Below, one piece after another: positions 35,580 to 43,886 of a stretch of 64,000 bases of DNA (within the stretch, counting starts at the first letter, position 1; each line of letters starts with the position of its first letter). The stretch spans positions 6,592,259 to 6,656,258 of the forward strand of contig JASGKS010000001.1 in assembly GCA_047600485.1 (NCBI GenBank), written 5' to 3'. Under the pieces are notes generated by a model. It ran no database searches, was not told the origin of the DNA, and was given only the letters and a program-made list of their open reading frames with translations. The position numbers were made by a program, and so were the translations under genes. The stretch comes from Archangium sp. (GTDB lineage Bacteria; Myxococcota; Myxococcia; Myxococcales; Myxococcaceae).

Positions 35580-36581
35580 GTGGCCCGCATCGTTCAACTG
35601 CAGAAGCCGAAAGAAGCGGTCGAGTTGATCGACATGCCGCTGGCTCCGGTGAACGACGGCGAGGTGCTGGTGCGCGTCGAGGCGTGCGCGTTGGGTCAGC
35701 TCGATTGGAATCTGCTCACGCTCGACGCTCCGCCGCGGCTGCCGCTCGTGCCGGGCCACGAAGCGGTCGGCGTGGTGCAGGCGGTCGGGCGGCACACGAA
35801 GCTGCGGCCGGGTGAGCGCGTGCTCGTCACTCCGCTCGAGAGTTGTTGTCTGATCTGTGCGTGGTGTCGCGCAGGTGAATGGCGCCGCTGCCCTGAAGCG
35901 AAGTGGCGCGGCATGCATTCTGACGGAGCGCTCGGTACGCACGTCGTCACGCAGGAAGCGTGTCTGGTGCCGCTCGAAGTTCCGGTGGGCATGCCCGATT
36001 TGCCCGAGCCATTGCCGCTGCCGCTCGCGGCGTCGCTCGCGCTGGTCGGCGGCTCACTGTGGACGGCAGTGGGAGCCGTGCGCTCGCTGCATCTGGTGCA
36101 GAGCTCGCGCGTGGCGGTGTTCGGTGTCGGTGGCGTCGGGCATCTGGTGGTGCAGGTGGCGAAGGCACTCGGTCACAAGGTGTTCGCTGATGACGCCGAC
36201 CCGGAGCGCGTGAATCTCGCGAAGGAGCTCGGTGCGTCGGCGCTCGACGGGAATGTGGACGCGGCGGTGGTGTGCACTCCGTCGACGCAGGCGCTGCAGC
36301 GCGCGGTGCGCATTCTGGTTCCGGGCGGGCGGTTGGCGCTGACGGGTTCGTCGCCGACGGGGCGAATCGATTTGTCGGTCGCCGAGCTCGTGTGGCGCGG
36401 GTTGACCATCACCGGCGGTCTGCTCGGCGCTCGCGGAGATCTCGACGAGGGGCTGAGTCTGCTGCTCTCCGGGCGCGTGAAGGCGACTGTCGAACTGATC
36501 GGCCTCGACGACGTGCCGGCGCGGTTGTGGGCGCTGCGAGATCTCGGTTTTCCCGGGCGACTCGTCGCCCTTCCCCGCTGA
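35580..36581 (+). CDS. Zinc-dependent alcohol dehydrogenase (MDR family)
   Basis: GTG start with a GGGAGA SD. GHEAVG zinc motif, Cys cluster (CCLICAWC) and GVGGVGH Rossmann fold. Confidence 0.85.
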   Translation: MARIVQLQKPKEAVELIDMPLAPVNDGEVLVRVEACALGQLDWNLLTLDAPPRLPLVPGHEAVGVVQAVGRHTKLRPGERVLVTPLESCCLICAWCRAGEWRRCPEAKWRGMHSDGALGTHVVTQEACLVPLEVPVGMPDLPEPLPLPLAASLALVGGSLWTAVGAVRSLHLVQSSRVAVFGVGGVGHLVVQVAKALGHKVFADDADPERVNLAKELGASALDGNVDAAVVCTPSTQALQRAVRILVPGGRLALTGSSPTGRIDLSVAELVWRGLTITGGLLGARGDLDEGLSLLLSGRVKATVELIGLDDVPARLWALRDLGFPGRLVALPR

Positions 36582-36587
36582 CTCTGC

Positions 36588-38003
36588 TCACGGTCTGATC
36601 AGCTCAGCCCACTCGAGAACTCTTCCGTCGCTGCAAGCCGTGAAGAGGTTGCCGTCGGGACCGAACATCAGACCGACGATCGGACTCGTGAGCTGCGGCC
36701 CCTGTCGCATCTTGCGCGTCTTCAGATCCGTCACGCGCAGGAACCAATCGCTCACATGCGCGACGAGCGAGCCATCGAGCGAAAACGCCGGTGGGACTTG
36801 CGTGAACTTGAGTTCGAGCGACGGCGAGCCATCGGCGAAGAGAATCACGAAGCCGCCGCCCGACCAGCACGCGACTGCGCGGCCTTGCGGTGCGACGACG
36901 GCGAGCGACTCCGAAGGAGCGTCGATGGTCCCGAGCGGTGCCCCGAAGCCGTCGAAGAGCGACACCTGCGTGCCGATGTTCACCGCGATGGTCGAACCGT
37001 CGAAGGAACGATTCACGCGCGGACGCTGAGCGACGCGCGCGAGCACGCGATCGCCGACGACGATCTCGCCGTTGCGCTCGGTGATCAGGCGATCGCTCCA
37101 CGGAATCAGCAACGTGGTCGAGTCCAGCCAGTCGCGCCGGTTCGTCGTGAAGCCTTCGAGCAGCCGGTTCGCGTTGCGCCCGGAAATTCGCAGCAACTCT
37201 CCCGCAGCGTCGAATGCGAGGCTGTACACCTGATACTCGCCGCCCCACGACGACGACTCGGACGAATCGAGCAACTCGGGAATGGGAATCGACACGCCTT
37301 CGCGCGTCCACAGCTCGCGCGCCGAAGCGACGCGCGTGCCGTCGCGGGAGATCGCGAGCTCACCGAGCCCGATGCGCGTGTACTGGCGTCGCGTCGACGT
37401 GTTCCGCGGATACCAGGACGGGTGCGTGCCCGTGCTCTCGCGCTCGATCGGAGCGGCACGCGTGACGCGCACGCGCTCGTATTCCTCCGGGTAGTCATCG
37501 TCGGTCTGGTGGCGGAACAGCGTCACGGCGTCGTTCTCGACGACCATCGAATTGCTCTGCGGCTCTTCGACTTCGCGTTCCCACAGCAGCGCGCCCGCGC
37601 CGTCGAGCAGTCGCACTCGCTGTTGCGCAACGACGGCGATCCGCGACGCATCGGCGTTGGTGCCGAGGCTCGAAGCGCCGGCAGGCAGCTCGCACACTCG
37701 CGTGAGCGCTCCCGTCGTGAGCGACCAGCGGACCAACGTGTGGGTGGCTTCACCGTCGAGCTTCAGACTGAGGAACGCGACTCCACAGCGCGACTGGACC
37801 GCGGCTGAGCAGTTCTCACGCAGCACGGCGACGAGCTGACTCTTCTCGTACGCAGCGAGCCAGCCTCGGCCTCGGAGCAGCAACGTGTTTCCCTCGTCGC
37901 CGACGACCATTACGGAGTCGTTGGTCACGGGAATCGGCATGCGGTTCGAGCCGAAGCGACGAACGGCTCCGGCCGGAAGCGCGTCACCGATGATGCAGTT
38001 CAT
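36588..38003 (-). CDS. Hypothetical beta-propeller-like protein
   Basis: Repetitive beta-strand-rich sequence. The start is uncertain (38003 or 37940; the ORF extends to 38108). Confidence 0.45.
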   Translation of the reverse strand: MNCIIGDALPAGAVRRFGSNRMPIPVTNDSVMVVGDEGNTLLLRGRGWLAAYEKSQLVAVLRENCSAAVQSRCGVAFLSLKLDGEATHTLVRWSLTTGALTRVCELPAGASSLGTNADASRIAVVAQQRVRLLDGAGALLWEREVEEPQSNSMVVENDAVTLFRHQTDDDYPEEYERVRVTRAAPIERESTGTHPSWYPRNTSTRRQYTRIGLGELAISRDGTRVASARELWTREGVSIPIPELLDSSESSSWGGEYQVYSLAFDAAGELLRISGRNANRLLEGFTTNRRDWLDSTTLLIPWSDRLITERNGEIVVGDRVLARVAQRPRVNRSFDGSTIAVNIGTQVSLFDGFGAPLGTIDAPSESLAVVAPQGRAVACWSGGGFVILFADGSPSLELKFTQVPPAFSLDGSLVAHVSDWFLRVTDLKTRKMRQGPQLTSPIVGLMFGPDGNLFTACSDGRVLEWAELIRP

Positions 38004-38141
38004 CGCATCCACGAACGGGAATCCGATCACGTCGGTCCGAGGGTGTCTTGCGGATTTGACACTGACTCCTGTCCTCCCGAGCGGAAGTGAGCGGCACGGC
38101 CTTCGCACAGCGCCCGCCAGTCGTTCACTTCAGGGGACCCC

Positions 38142-39770
38142 ATGCGATTGCTTTGCCTCGCCGTCACGCTCGTTGCGTTCGGTTGTTCGACAGTCAGCAA
38201 GACCACCAAGCCTTTCGCTCCAGCTGCCGCGCCGGCGGTGCAGCCCGCGTCCACCGCCACGCCTGCAATGCAAATCATCCGAAGCGCCAACGTGGACACC
38301 AGTCCGACGACCGACAGCTTGCGGCGCACGTCGCTCGAGGCAAGCCCACTCGACAGCGCAGTCGTCATCGCGCTCGTGCAGCAGCGGCTGGCGGCGGTGA
38401 CGCGCGAGGCGATTCGCGATGCGCTCGGAGACGTCACCGTGCCCTTCGCGGTCAAAGACTTTCTCGGCACGCTCGCCACCATCGTCGTCAACTCGGGCGA
38501 CGCCGAGACGCGGCGGCAGAGCGTGATGCTCTCCTTTCTCCGCGTGACGCTCACCAGCTGGCTCGCGGCCTTCTACGAGGGGAAAGCCGACAAAGACTGC
38601 AAAGGAGAGTTCCTCCTCGACTCGGCCTACTCGGCCTTCGCCACCACGCCGGTGTTCTCGAAGCTCGGCTTCTCGACCGACGTGCCCGACCGCTCGACCG
38701 AATGCAGCACGGTCAGCGTGCTGATGAAGGACGCCGTCTCGGCCTGGTCAGTGCTCGAGGAGGAGGCGATCGATCGCGCGATGTCGCTCAACCAGGCGCT
38801 CAACACCTGCGTCGGCACGAACAGCACGCCGAGCACCAACAAGGACCTCGCGAAGTTGCGCACCATCGTCGACGAGGTCACCCGAGGCCGCGCGCCCGCG
38901 ACCTGTCAGCGCGAGCGAGAACTCCTCACGGCGACGCTGCGCACTGACCTCAAGGCGATTCTCTCGACCAGCGGAGACGTCGACCTCAAGGATCTCAAGA
39001 CCGAGCTGCAGAAGATCTCCCCGACGCAACTGCTGCTCGCGAAGATCGTCTTCGCCATCGCGCAGGGAAAGCCGGTCGACCGTGGACAGATCATTCAGCT
39101 CGCGAGCGCGCTCTCGAACGCGTTGAGCAAGTGGGTCGCAGAGGTCTTCCCGAAGGAACCGACCGGGACGACCTCGGGCGTCTACACCAGCGTCGCGATC
39201 GTCGAGCAGGTCCTGCGAGCGTTCTTCGATTCGCTGCCGGGCGCGCTCAAAGAATCGAGCACGTCGAAGATCGGAATCGATCTCGACGCCACGGCGCTGC
39301 TCTCTCAGATGGTGTCTCGCGTCGTCGATGCGAAGCGCCCGGGCTTCTACGTGCGAGCGACGGTCGGTACCGGCCTCATGCTCCCCGTGAAGCTCGACGA
39401 CGACGGCAGCAAGGGAATGGCCGACACCCTCGCGTCCATTCACGAAGAACTCGGAGTGGGCTGGCGTTTCGCGGTCAGCAAGCAACTCCTCGTCGGACCG
39501 CATCTGGCGACCTCAGGCCTGCTCTACAAGCTCCAGATCAACGGAACGGCGCGCGACAGCTGGGCTTTCCTCGCGGGCGTGTCGGTGAACGTGTACCGGC
39601 TGATCGATCTCAGCTTCAACTTCGGCCGCTTCTTCTCGACCATTCCGCTCGGAGCCGAGGGTCACCACGCTCCGTTCAACGCGTTCCTGTTCAGCCTCCA
39701 GATTCCGCTCGCTGACTACCTCACCGAGTTGGCCAATCAGCACGAGGTGCAGAAGGGCGAAGGCAAGTGA
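38142..39770 (+). CDS. Lipoprotein, function unknown
   Basis: Lipobox (LVAFGC|S). 542 aa, alpha-rich. Confidence 0.65.
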   Translation: MRLLCLAVTLVAFGCSTVSKTTKPFAPAAAPAVQPASTATPAMQIIRSANVDTSPTTDSLRRTSLEASPLDSAVVIALVQQRLAAVTREAIRDALGDVTVPFAVKDFLGTLATIVVNSGDAETRRQSVMLSFLRVTLTSWLAAFYEGKADKDCKGEFLLDSAYSAFATTPVFSKLGFSTDVPDRSTECSTVSVLMKDAVSAWSVLEEEAIDRAMSLNQALNTCVGTNSTPSTNKDLAKLRTIVDEVTRGRAPATCQRERELLTATLRTDLKAILSTSGDVDLKDLKTELQKISPTQLLLAKIVFAIAQGKPVDRGQIIQLASALSNALSKWVAEVFPKEPTGTTSGVYTSVAIVEQVLRAFFDSLPGALKESSTSKIGIDLDATALLSQMVSRVVDAKRPGFYVRATVGTGLMLPVKLDDDGSKGMADTLASIHEELGVGWRFAVSKQLLVGPHLATSGLLYKLQINGTARDSWAFLAGVSVNVYRLIDLSFNFGRFFSTIPLGAEGHHAPFNAFLFSLQIPLADYLTELANQHEVQKGEGK

Positions 39771-40789
39771 CCTTCGCGCTGGTGGCGCTGCTGTGGGGCG
39801 CGCTCCCTGAAGAAGCGAGCGCGGGTGGGCCGCAGCGCGTGCTCCTGAGAGACTGTTCCTCGACGGCGCTCTTCTTCGACCGGTCTGCGTTCATCACGGT
39901 TGGCGCGGAAGATCGCGTGGCCGTGATGCGCTTCGAAGCCGAGCGACCCGTGACGGTCGTGGTGCACCACCGCGGCGAGGTGAAGTGCAAGACCGGCACA
40001 GAAGGGAGCGTGACCGTCGGTCCGGGTGCGCGGGTCGCTCTGGCCGTGAGCGACTTTCGCCACCTCGTCGACGTTCGCCTGAAGTGGAGGCACGCCTGGG
40101 CGGTCGAAGACCTCAATCCGACCGAGCGCGGACCCGAGTTCATCGACCGCGGCGACGAGGTTCCGGAATGGGCGCCAGAGCAAAGTCGAATCGTGCCCAT
40201 CGTCTCGAGCACCGGCGCCGTCGTCTGTACGGCCACGCGCGTGCGCCACGACGGGAAGCGCTGGTTTCTCACCGCCGCACACTGCCTGCTCCACAAGAAC
40301 GGAACCCTTCGTCGCGATCTCTTCGTCGATCGAAAGGCCATCACCGCGGAGTCGGCCCTGGTCGATCAGAACTTCTTCGAGTGCTCACGACGAGAGGACT
40401 ACCGAGAGTGTCTCAATCTGTTCGGGAACGACGTCGCGCTCCTCCCCGCGGGCGACGGCGAGGTCTTCGACGCGTGCGCTTCGAGCGGTGTGGACCAACG
40501 CGCGACGATCTTCGGCTACGGCCTCGACCAGGGTCGTGCTCCGGGAAAGCTGCAGTCCGGCGACTTCTACGTGACCAGCTGGCGCGAGAAGGCGCTGCTG
40601 GCGTCGCCTCAGCGCGACCAGATGATCAACCTCGGCGACTCGGGCGGATCAGGGTTCTCGCTCGACGCGCGGCAGTGCCCCGCCTGGGTCAGCTCGGGTG
40701 TTCTGAACTTCAACGGGCTCGATCGCGCGGTGTTGATCCCAGTCTCCACCGCTGTGCTCAACGACCTCACACCTGTCTTGCAGAATTGA
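39767..40789 (+). CDS. Trypsin-like serine protease (S1 family)
   Basis: LTAAHC (His), Asp, and GDSGG (Ser). ATGA overlap with the upstream lipoprotein gene. Confidence 0.85.
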   Translation: MTFALVALLWGALPEEASAGGPQRVLLRDCSSTALFFDRSAFITVGAEDRVAVMRFEAERPVTVVVHHRGEVKCKTGTEGSVTVGPGARVALAVSDFRHLVDVRLKWRHAWAVEDLNPTERGPEFIDRGDEVPEWAPEQSRIVPIVSSTGAVVCTATRVRHDGKRWFLTAAHCLLHKNGTLRRDLFVDRKAITAESALVDQNFFECSRREDYRECLNLFGNDVALLPAGDGEVFDACASSGVDQRATIFGYGLDQGRAPGKLQSGDFYVTSWREKALLASPQRDQMINLGDSGGSGFSLDARQCPAWVSSGVLNFNGLDRAVLIPVSTAVLNDLTPVLQN

Positions 40790-40829
40790 CACTGCGGGTT
40801 TGCACCGTCTGGTGCATTTGACAGCGCGC

Positions 40830-41411
40830 TCAGTCGGCGGCCCACGGGCTGCTGGTCGACGTGACCTTCTGCAGTTCCCACGCGGCGAGCGCGTCGACGC
40901 AGCGATCGAGCTCGCTGTTGAGCGCGCGCGCACGTTTGCTGGCCAGGTATTCCTTCGCGAACGCCTCGAGGCGAACTCCGAGGAACAAGCGCGCGAGCGT
41001 CACTTCGCTCTGCTCGAAGAACTCGACGAAGCGCAGCGCCATGCCGCTGCGCGCGTTGGGATCTCTCGGGTTCGCCTGATCAACGCGAATGATCTGCGCA
41101 CGGGCGAGCACGGGATCTTCCGCGGGGTCGAGCGCGAAGCTGCAGCGCACCTCGGTCCCCACCGGCAGGAAGAACGTCGACGAGAGAAACGCCCCACTCA
41201 CCGACACGTTCCCCGAGCGCAACGTGGCCTCGAAGCTCAGGTCCTCTCCGTCGCCGACCCACAGACGAAACGGCACCGTCATCTGCGCGCGCGGAAACTG
41301 GCGATGCTCGGGCCCGTCGTGGTTCGAGTCGAGCTGCGGCTTCGCGAAGGTCGACTTGCCTGCGGGAAGCTTCGACGGCGGAGGAGGTGCCGGCTTCTTG
41401 GTGGTCGCCAT
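40830..41411 (-). CDS. PilZ-domain protein (putative c-di-GMP receptor)
   Basis: RxxxR (HRQFPRA) ... D/NxSxxG (NVSVSGAF) PilZ signature. The upstream ORF extension was rejected. Confidence 0.7.
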   Translation of the reverse strand: MATTKKPAPPPPSKLPAGKSTFAKPQLDSNHDGPEHRQFPRAQMTVPFRLWVGDGEDLSFEATLRSGNVSVSGAFLSSTFFLPVGTEVRCSFALDPAEDPVLARAQIIRVDQANPRDPNARSGMALRFVEFFEQSEVTLARLFLGVRLEAFAKEYLASKRARALNSELDRCVDALAAWELQKVTSTSSPWAAD

Positions 41412-41430
41412 GGCCGGCAACCCTAGCGAG

Positions 41431-42528
41431 TCACTTCGCGAACGAACCGAGAATCGTGCACGCCAGACAGAGCGCCACCAGCGCAGCGATGACGATGCCC
41501 ACCACCTTGAGCGTGTTGTTCGGTGCGGCGCTCGCAGGCGAAGCAGGAGGCGCGGAGGGAGCCGCGGGCTGCGAGGGCCCGACCCAACCCGAAGGCGGCG
41601 GTGGAGCGCTCGTGGCTGCGACGCCACCAGCACCAGGCCGCGCGAGCACCTGCTGATACGCGGCCGGCTTCACGCTGACCGACAACATCCACCGATTGCG
41701 AACTCGCCCGGGATGCGGGTCCGAGCGGCACACGCCTTCTTGCGTCATGTCGACGGTGTTCGCGTCGCCGTTGCCGATGGCCACTCCGACCCACGAGCCG
41801 GGGCCGAAGCCCACGCCGCCCGGGTTCTTGTCCTCGAAGTACGTCAGGCTGCTGATGCTCTCGCGCTTCGGAAAGCCGATGACGAGCGCCGACTTCCCCG
41901 CGCGCGCGGCGACGATGCGGCCCGTGCGCTCGACGGCGAGAGCTCCGAAGGGAGACTCGAACGAGACGAAGATGTCGAGGCCAGTGAGGTCAGCCTTCAC
42001 GTTCTTCACGTGCGTGCCGGCGATGACGAGCCAGCACGGCCCCAGCGGGTTCCAATACGCGAGCGTCGCCTTCGCCGGTTGATCAATCGCCAGCGAGCGC
42101 ACCTCAGTCGCGCCAGGCAGCTCGAACAGCTTGAGCACGCCCTGCCCGTTCACCACGACCGCCTGTCTTCCATCGCCGGAAAACGCAGCGTGCACCGCAT
42201 CGGGCACGTTCAAGGTCGTCGCTTCGAACATCACGCCTTGCGCGGTGACGATGGCGAGCGCTCCGCTCGACGTGAGCACGATGTCGCGCGCGCCCTCGAC
42301 GGTCTGCGAAGACAGCTTCTCGCCGTTCTTCAGCGCGAGTTCGAGAATCACGCCGCCTTCGCACAGCGCGTGCACGCGGTCGGCGCTCATCACCACCTGC
42401 AACACCTTCGACGGAGCAGGCGTCAGCCACGTGGGCCCCTGATCAGCCGAGTCGTACCCGAGCACGAGGTTCTCATCGGCGGTGACGAACACCGGCGCCG
42501 TCGCATGCCACGCAAAGGGAGCGGTCAT
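41431..42528 (-). CDS. Hypothetical C-terminally membrane-anchored protein
   Basis: Pro/Ala-rich linker and a C-terminal TM (VVGIVIAALVALCLACTILG). Immediately upstream of PilZ. Confidence 0.5.
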   Translation of the reverse strand: MTAPFAWHATAPVFVTADENLVLGYDSADQGPTWLTPAPSKVLQVVMSADRVHALCEGGVILELALKNGEKLSSQTVEGARDIVLTSSGALAIVTAQGVMFEATTLNVPDAVHAAFSGDGRQAVVVNGQGVLKLFELPGATEVRSLAIDQPAKATLAYWNPLGPCWLVIAGTHVKNVKADLTGLDIFVSFESPFGALAVERTGRIVAARAGKSALVIGFPKRESISSLTYFEDKNPGGVGFGPGSWVGVAIGNGDANTVDMTQEGVCRSDPHPGRVRNRWMLSVSVKPAAYQQVLARPGAGGVAATSAPPPPSGWVGPSQPAAPSAPPASPASAAPNNTLKVVGIVIAALVALCLACTILGSFAK

Positions 42529-42582
42529 GCGGTGCCAGACACCAACGTCTCACACCGAGTGCACGGAAACGTCAGGCGCACG

Positions 42583-43779
42583 CTACTGCGGCATCCACAC
42601 CGTCGAGCGGACCGGGTCGAACACCACCGCGCCCGCCGAGAAGTAGTGCGAAGCCGCGACCTGCGCGCCGTTCGCGTTCCACGTGCCGATGCCGCCGCAG
42701 ACGCGCGCGGCCGGTGGCGTTTCTTTCGCGAAGAGCACGGCGTTCGAGATGCGGTGGCCGGTGCCTCCGTCGAGGCCGACGAACTCGAGTGAGTGGCCGC
42801 TCGCGAGCCGCCAGGCGGTGACCGGCTCGTCGACTCCGACGCAGGTGGTGAGCCGCAGGTCCATGGCGGGGCTGCGCACGAGAGCGGTCGGCGCGCGCAT
42901 GAGGATTTCGTTCAGGAACGGCACGTTGATGTTGATGGAGTTCGGCACCACCGCGTCGTCGAAGCCGGTGTCGAGCTGCGCGTACGCGACCACTCCGTCG
43001 AGTCGCAGGAGCAACGTCGGCACGTTCGGCACCGTCGTGCCCGGCCCCGCGTCTTGAACGATGGTGCTCAGCGGCAGGAGGTTGTTCAGGTTGTTCACGT
43101 AGAAGCCGGTCGAGGGCATGCCGACGAAGCCGGCGTCTTCGAGCTGCGCGGGCGTGCAGAACGAGCTCGCCGGCGAAGAGATGATCCGCCGCGTGACGAA
43201 GTCGATGGTCGTCGGACGCACGCTGAGGAAGTCGGTGCCGATGATGCCGGCCTGTCGCGGCGGCCCCATGAACTGCGAGAAGTCAGAGGTGAGGAGCGTG
43301 ACCTGGCCCCACGAGCCGAAGAAGTCGAAGTCGGCGTAGGTGCACGTCGTCGCGGTGCACGAGAGCTGCGCGGGTTGCGAGAAGGCTCCGAGGTCGACCC
43401 AGGAATTCGTGCTGCCGAAGTCGATGAGGAACGCGGCGGCTTGCGCGGTGGTGCCGGTGCCGAGCGTCGCGTCGACGTAGAGCAGTTGCCCCGAGCGCTG
43501 CAGCGGAAGTGCGGGGCCCATGCAGCTCGGGAATTTCCAGGTGACGACGAGGCCCGCGTCTGGAGTTCCCGCGTCTGGAATTCCTGCGTCTGGAGTTCCT
43601 GCGTCTGGAGTTCCCGCGTCCGGAGTTCCCGCGTCCGGAGTTCCTGCGTCCGGAGTTCCTGCGTCGATCATCGTGCTCGCGTCCGGAATCGTGGTGCCCG
43701 CGTCCATTTCTGCAGCGGGACCGCAGGCCACCAACGTCAGCGCCAACACCAGCCACGAACGAAACATGCGCGCGCGCAT
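42583..43779 (-). CDS. Lipoprotein with (TPDAG)x7 repeat; possible pepsin-like aspartic-protease fold
   Basis: Lipobox (TLVAC|G). A 15-bp tandem DNA repeat encodes TPDAG x7. DFGST and DTGFD motifs are spaced like pepsin D-T/S-G pairs. The ORF's first 33 codons derive from the repeat element and were rejected. Confidence 0.55.
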   Translation of the reverse strand: MRARMFRSWLVLALTLVACGPAAEMDAGTTIPDASTMIDAGTPDAGTPDAGTPDAGTPDAGTPDAGIPDAGTPDAGLVVTWKFPSCMGPALPLQRSGQLLYVDATLGTGTTAQAAAFLIDFGSTNSWVDLGAFSQPAQLSCTATTCTYADFDFFGSWGQVTLLTSDFSQFMGPPRQAGIIGTDFLSVRPTTIDFVTRRIISSPASSFCTPAQLEDAGFVGMPSTGFYVNNLNNLLPLSTIVQDAGPGTTVPNVPTLLLRLDGVVAYAQLDTGFDDAVVPNSININVPFLNEILMRAPTALVRSPAMDLRLTTCVGVDEPVTAWRLASGHSLEFVGLDGGTGHRISNAVLFAKETPPAARVCGGIGTWNANGAQVAASHYFSAGAVVFDPVRSTVWMPQ

Positions 43780-43790
43780 ACCAAACGTCC

Positions 43791-43884
43791 CCCCTCTCCC
43801 GCGAGGGAGAGGGTTGGGGTGAGGGTGGACCTGAAGTTCAGTCCGGGTCGCGCTTTCTAGATACAGTTTCACCCTCACCCCGAC
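43791..43884. repeat. Composite palindromic element (full left half plus truncated inverted right half)
   Basis: cccctctcccgcgagggagagggttggggtgagggtggacc ...34 bp... gtttcaccctcaccccgac. Same architecture as 60341-60420. Confidence 0.8.
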
Positions 43885-43886
43885 AA

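Noticed and set aside
42583-43878. The N-terminal 33 aa (MRVKLYLESATRTELQVHPHPNPLPRGRGG...) of the annotated ORF.
   Set aside because: They are encoded by the palindromic repeat element at 43791-43884. The lipoprotein signal peptide starts at the internal MRARMF.
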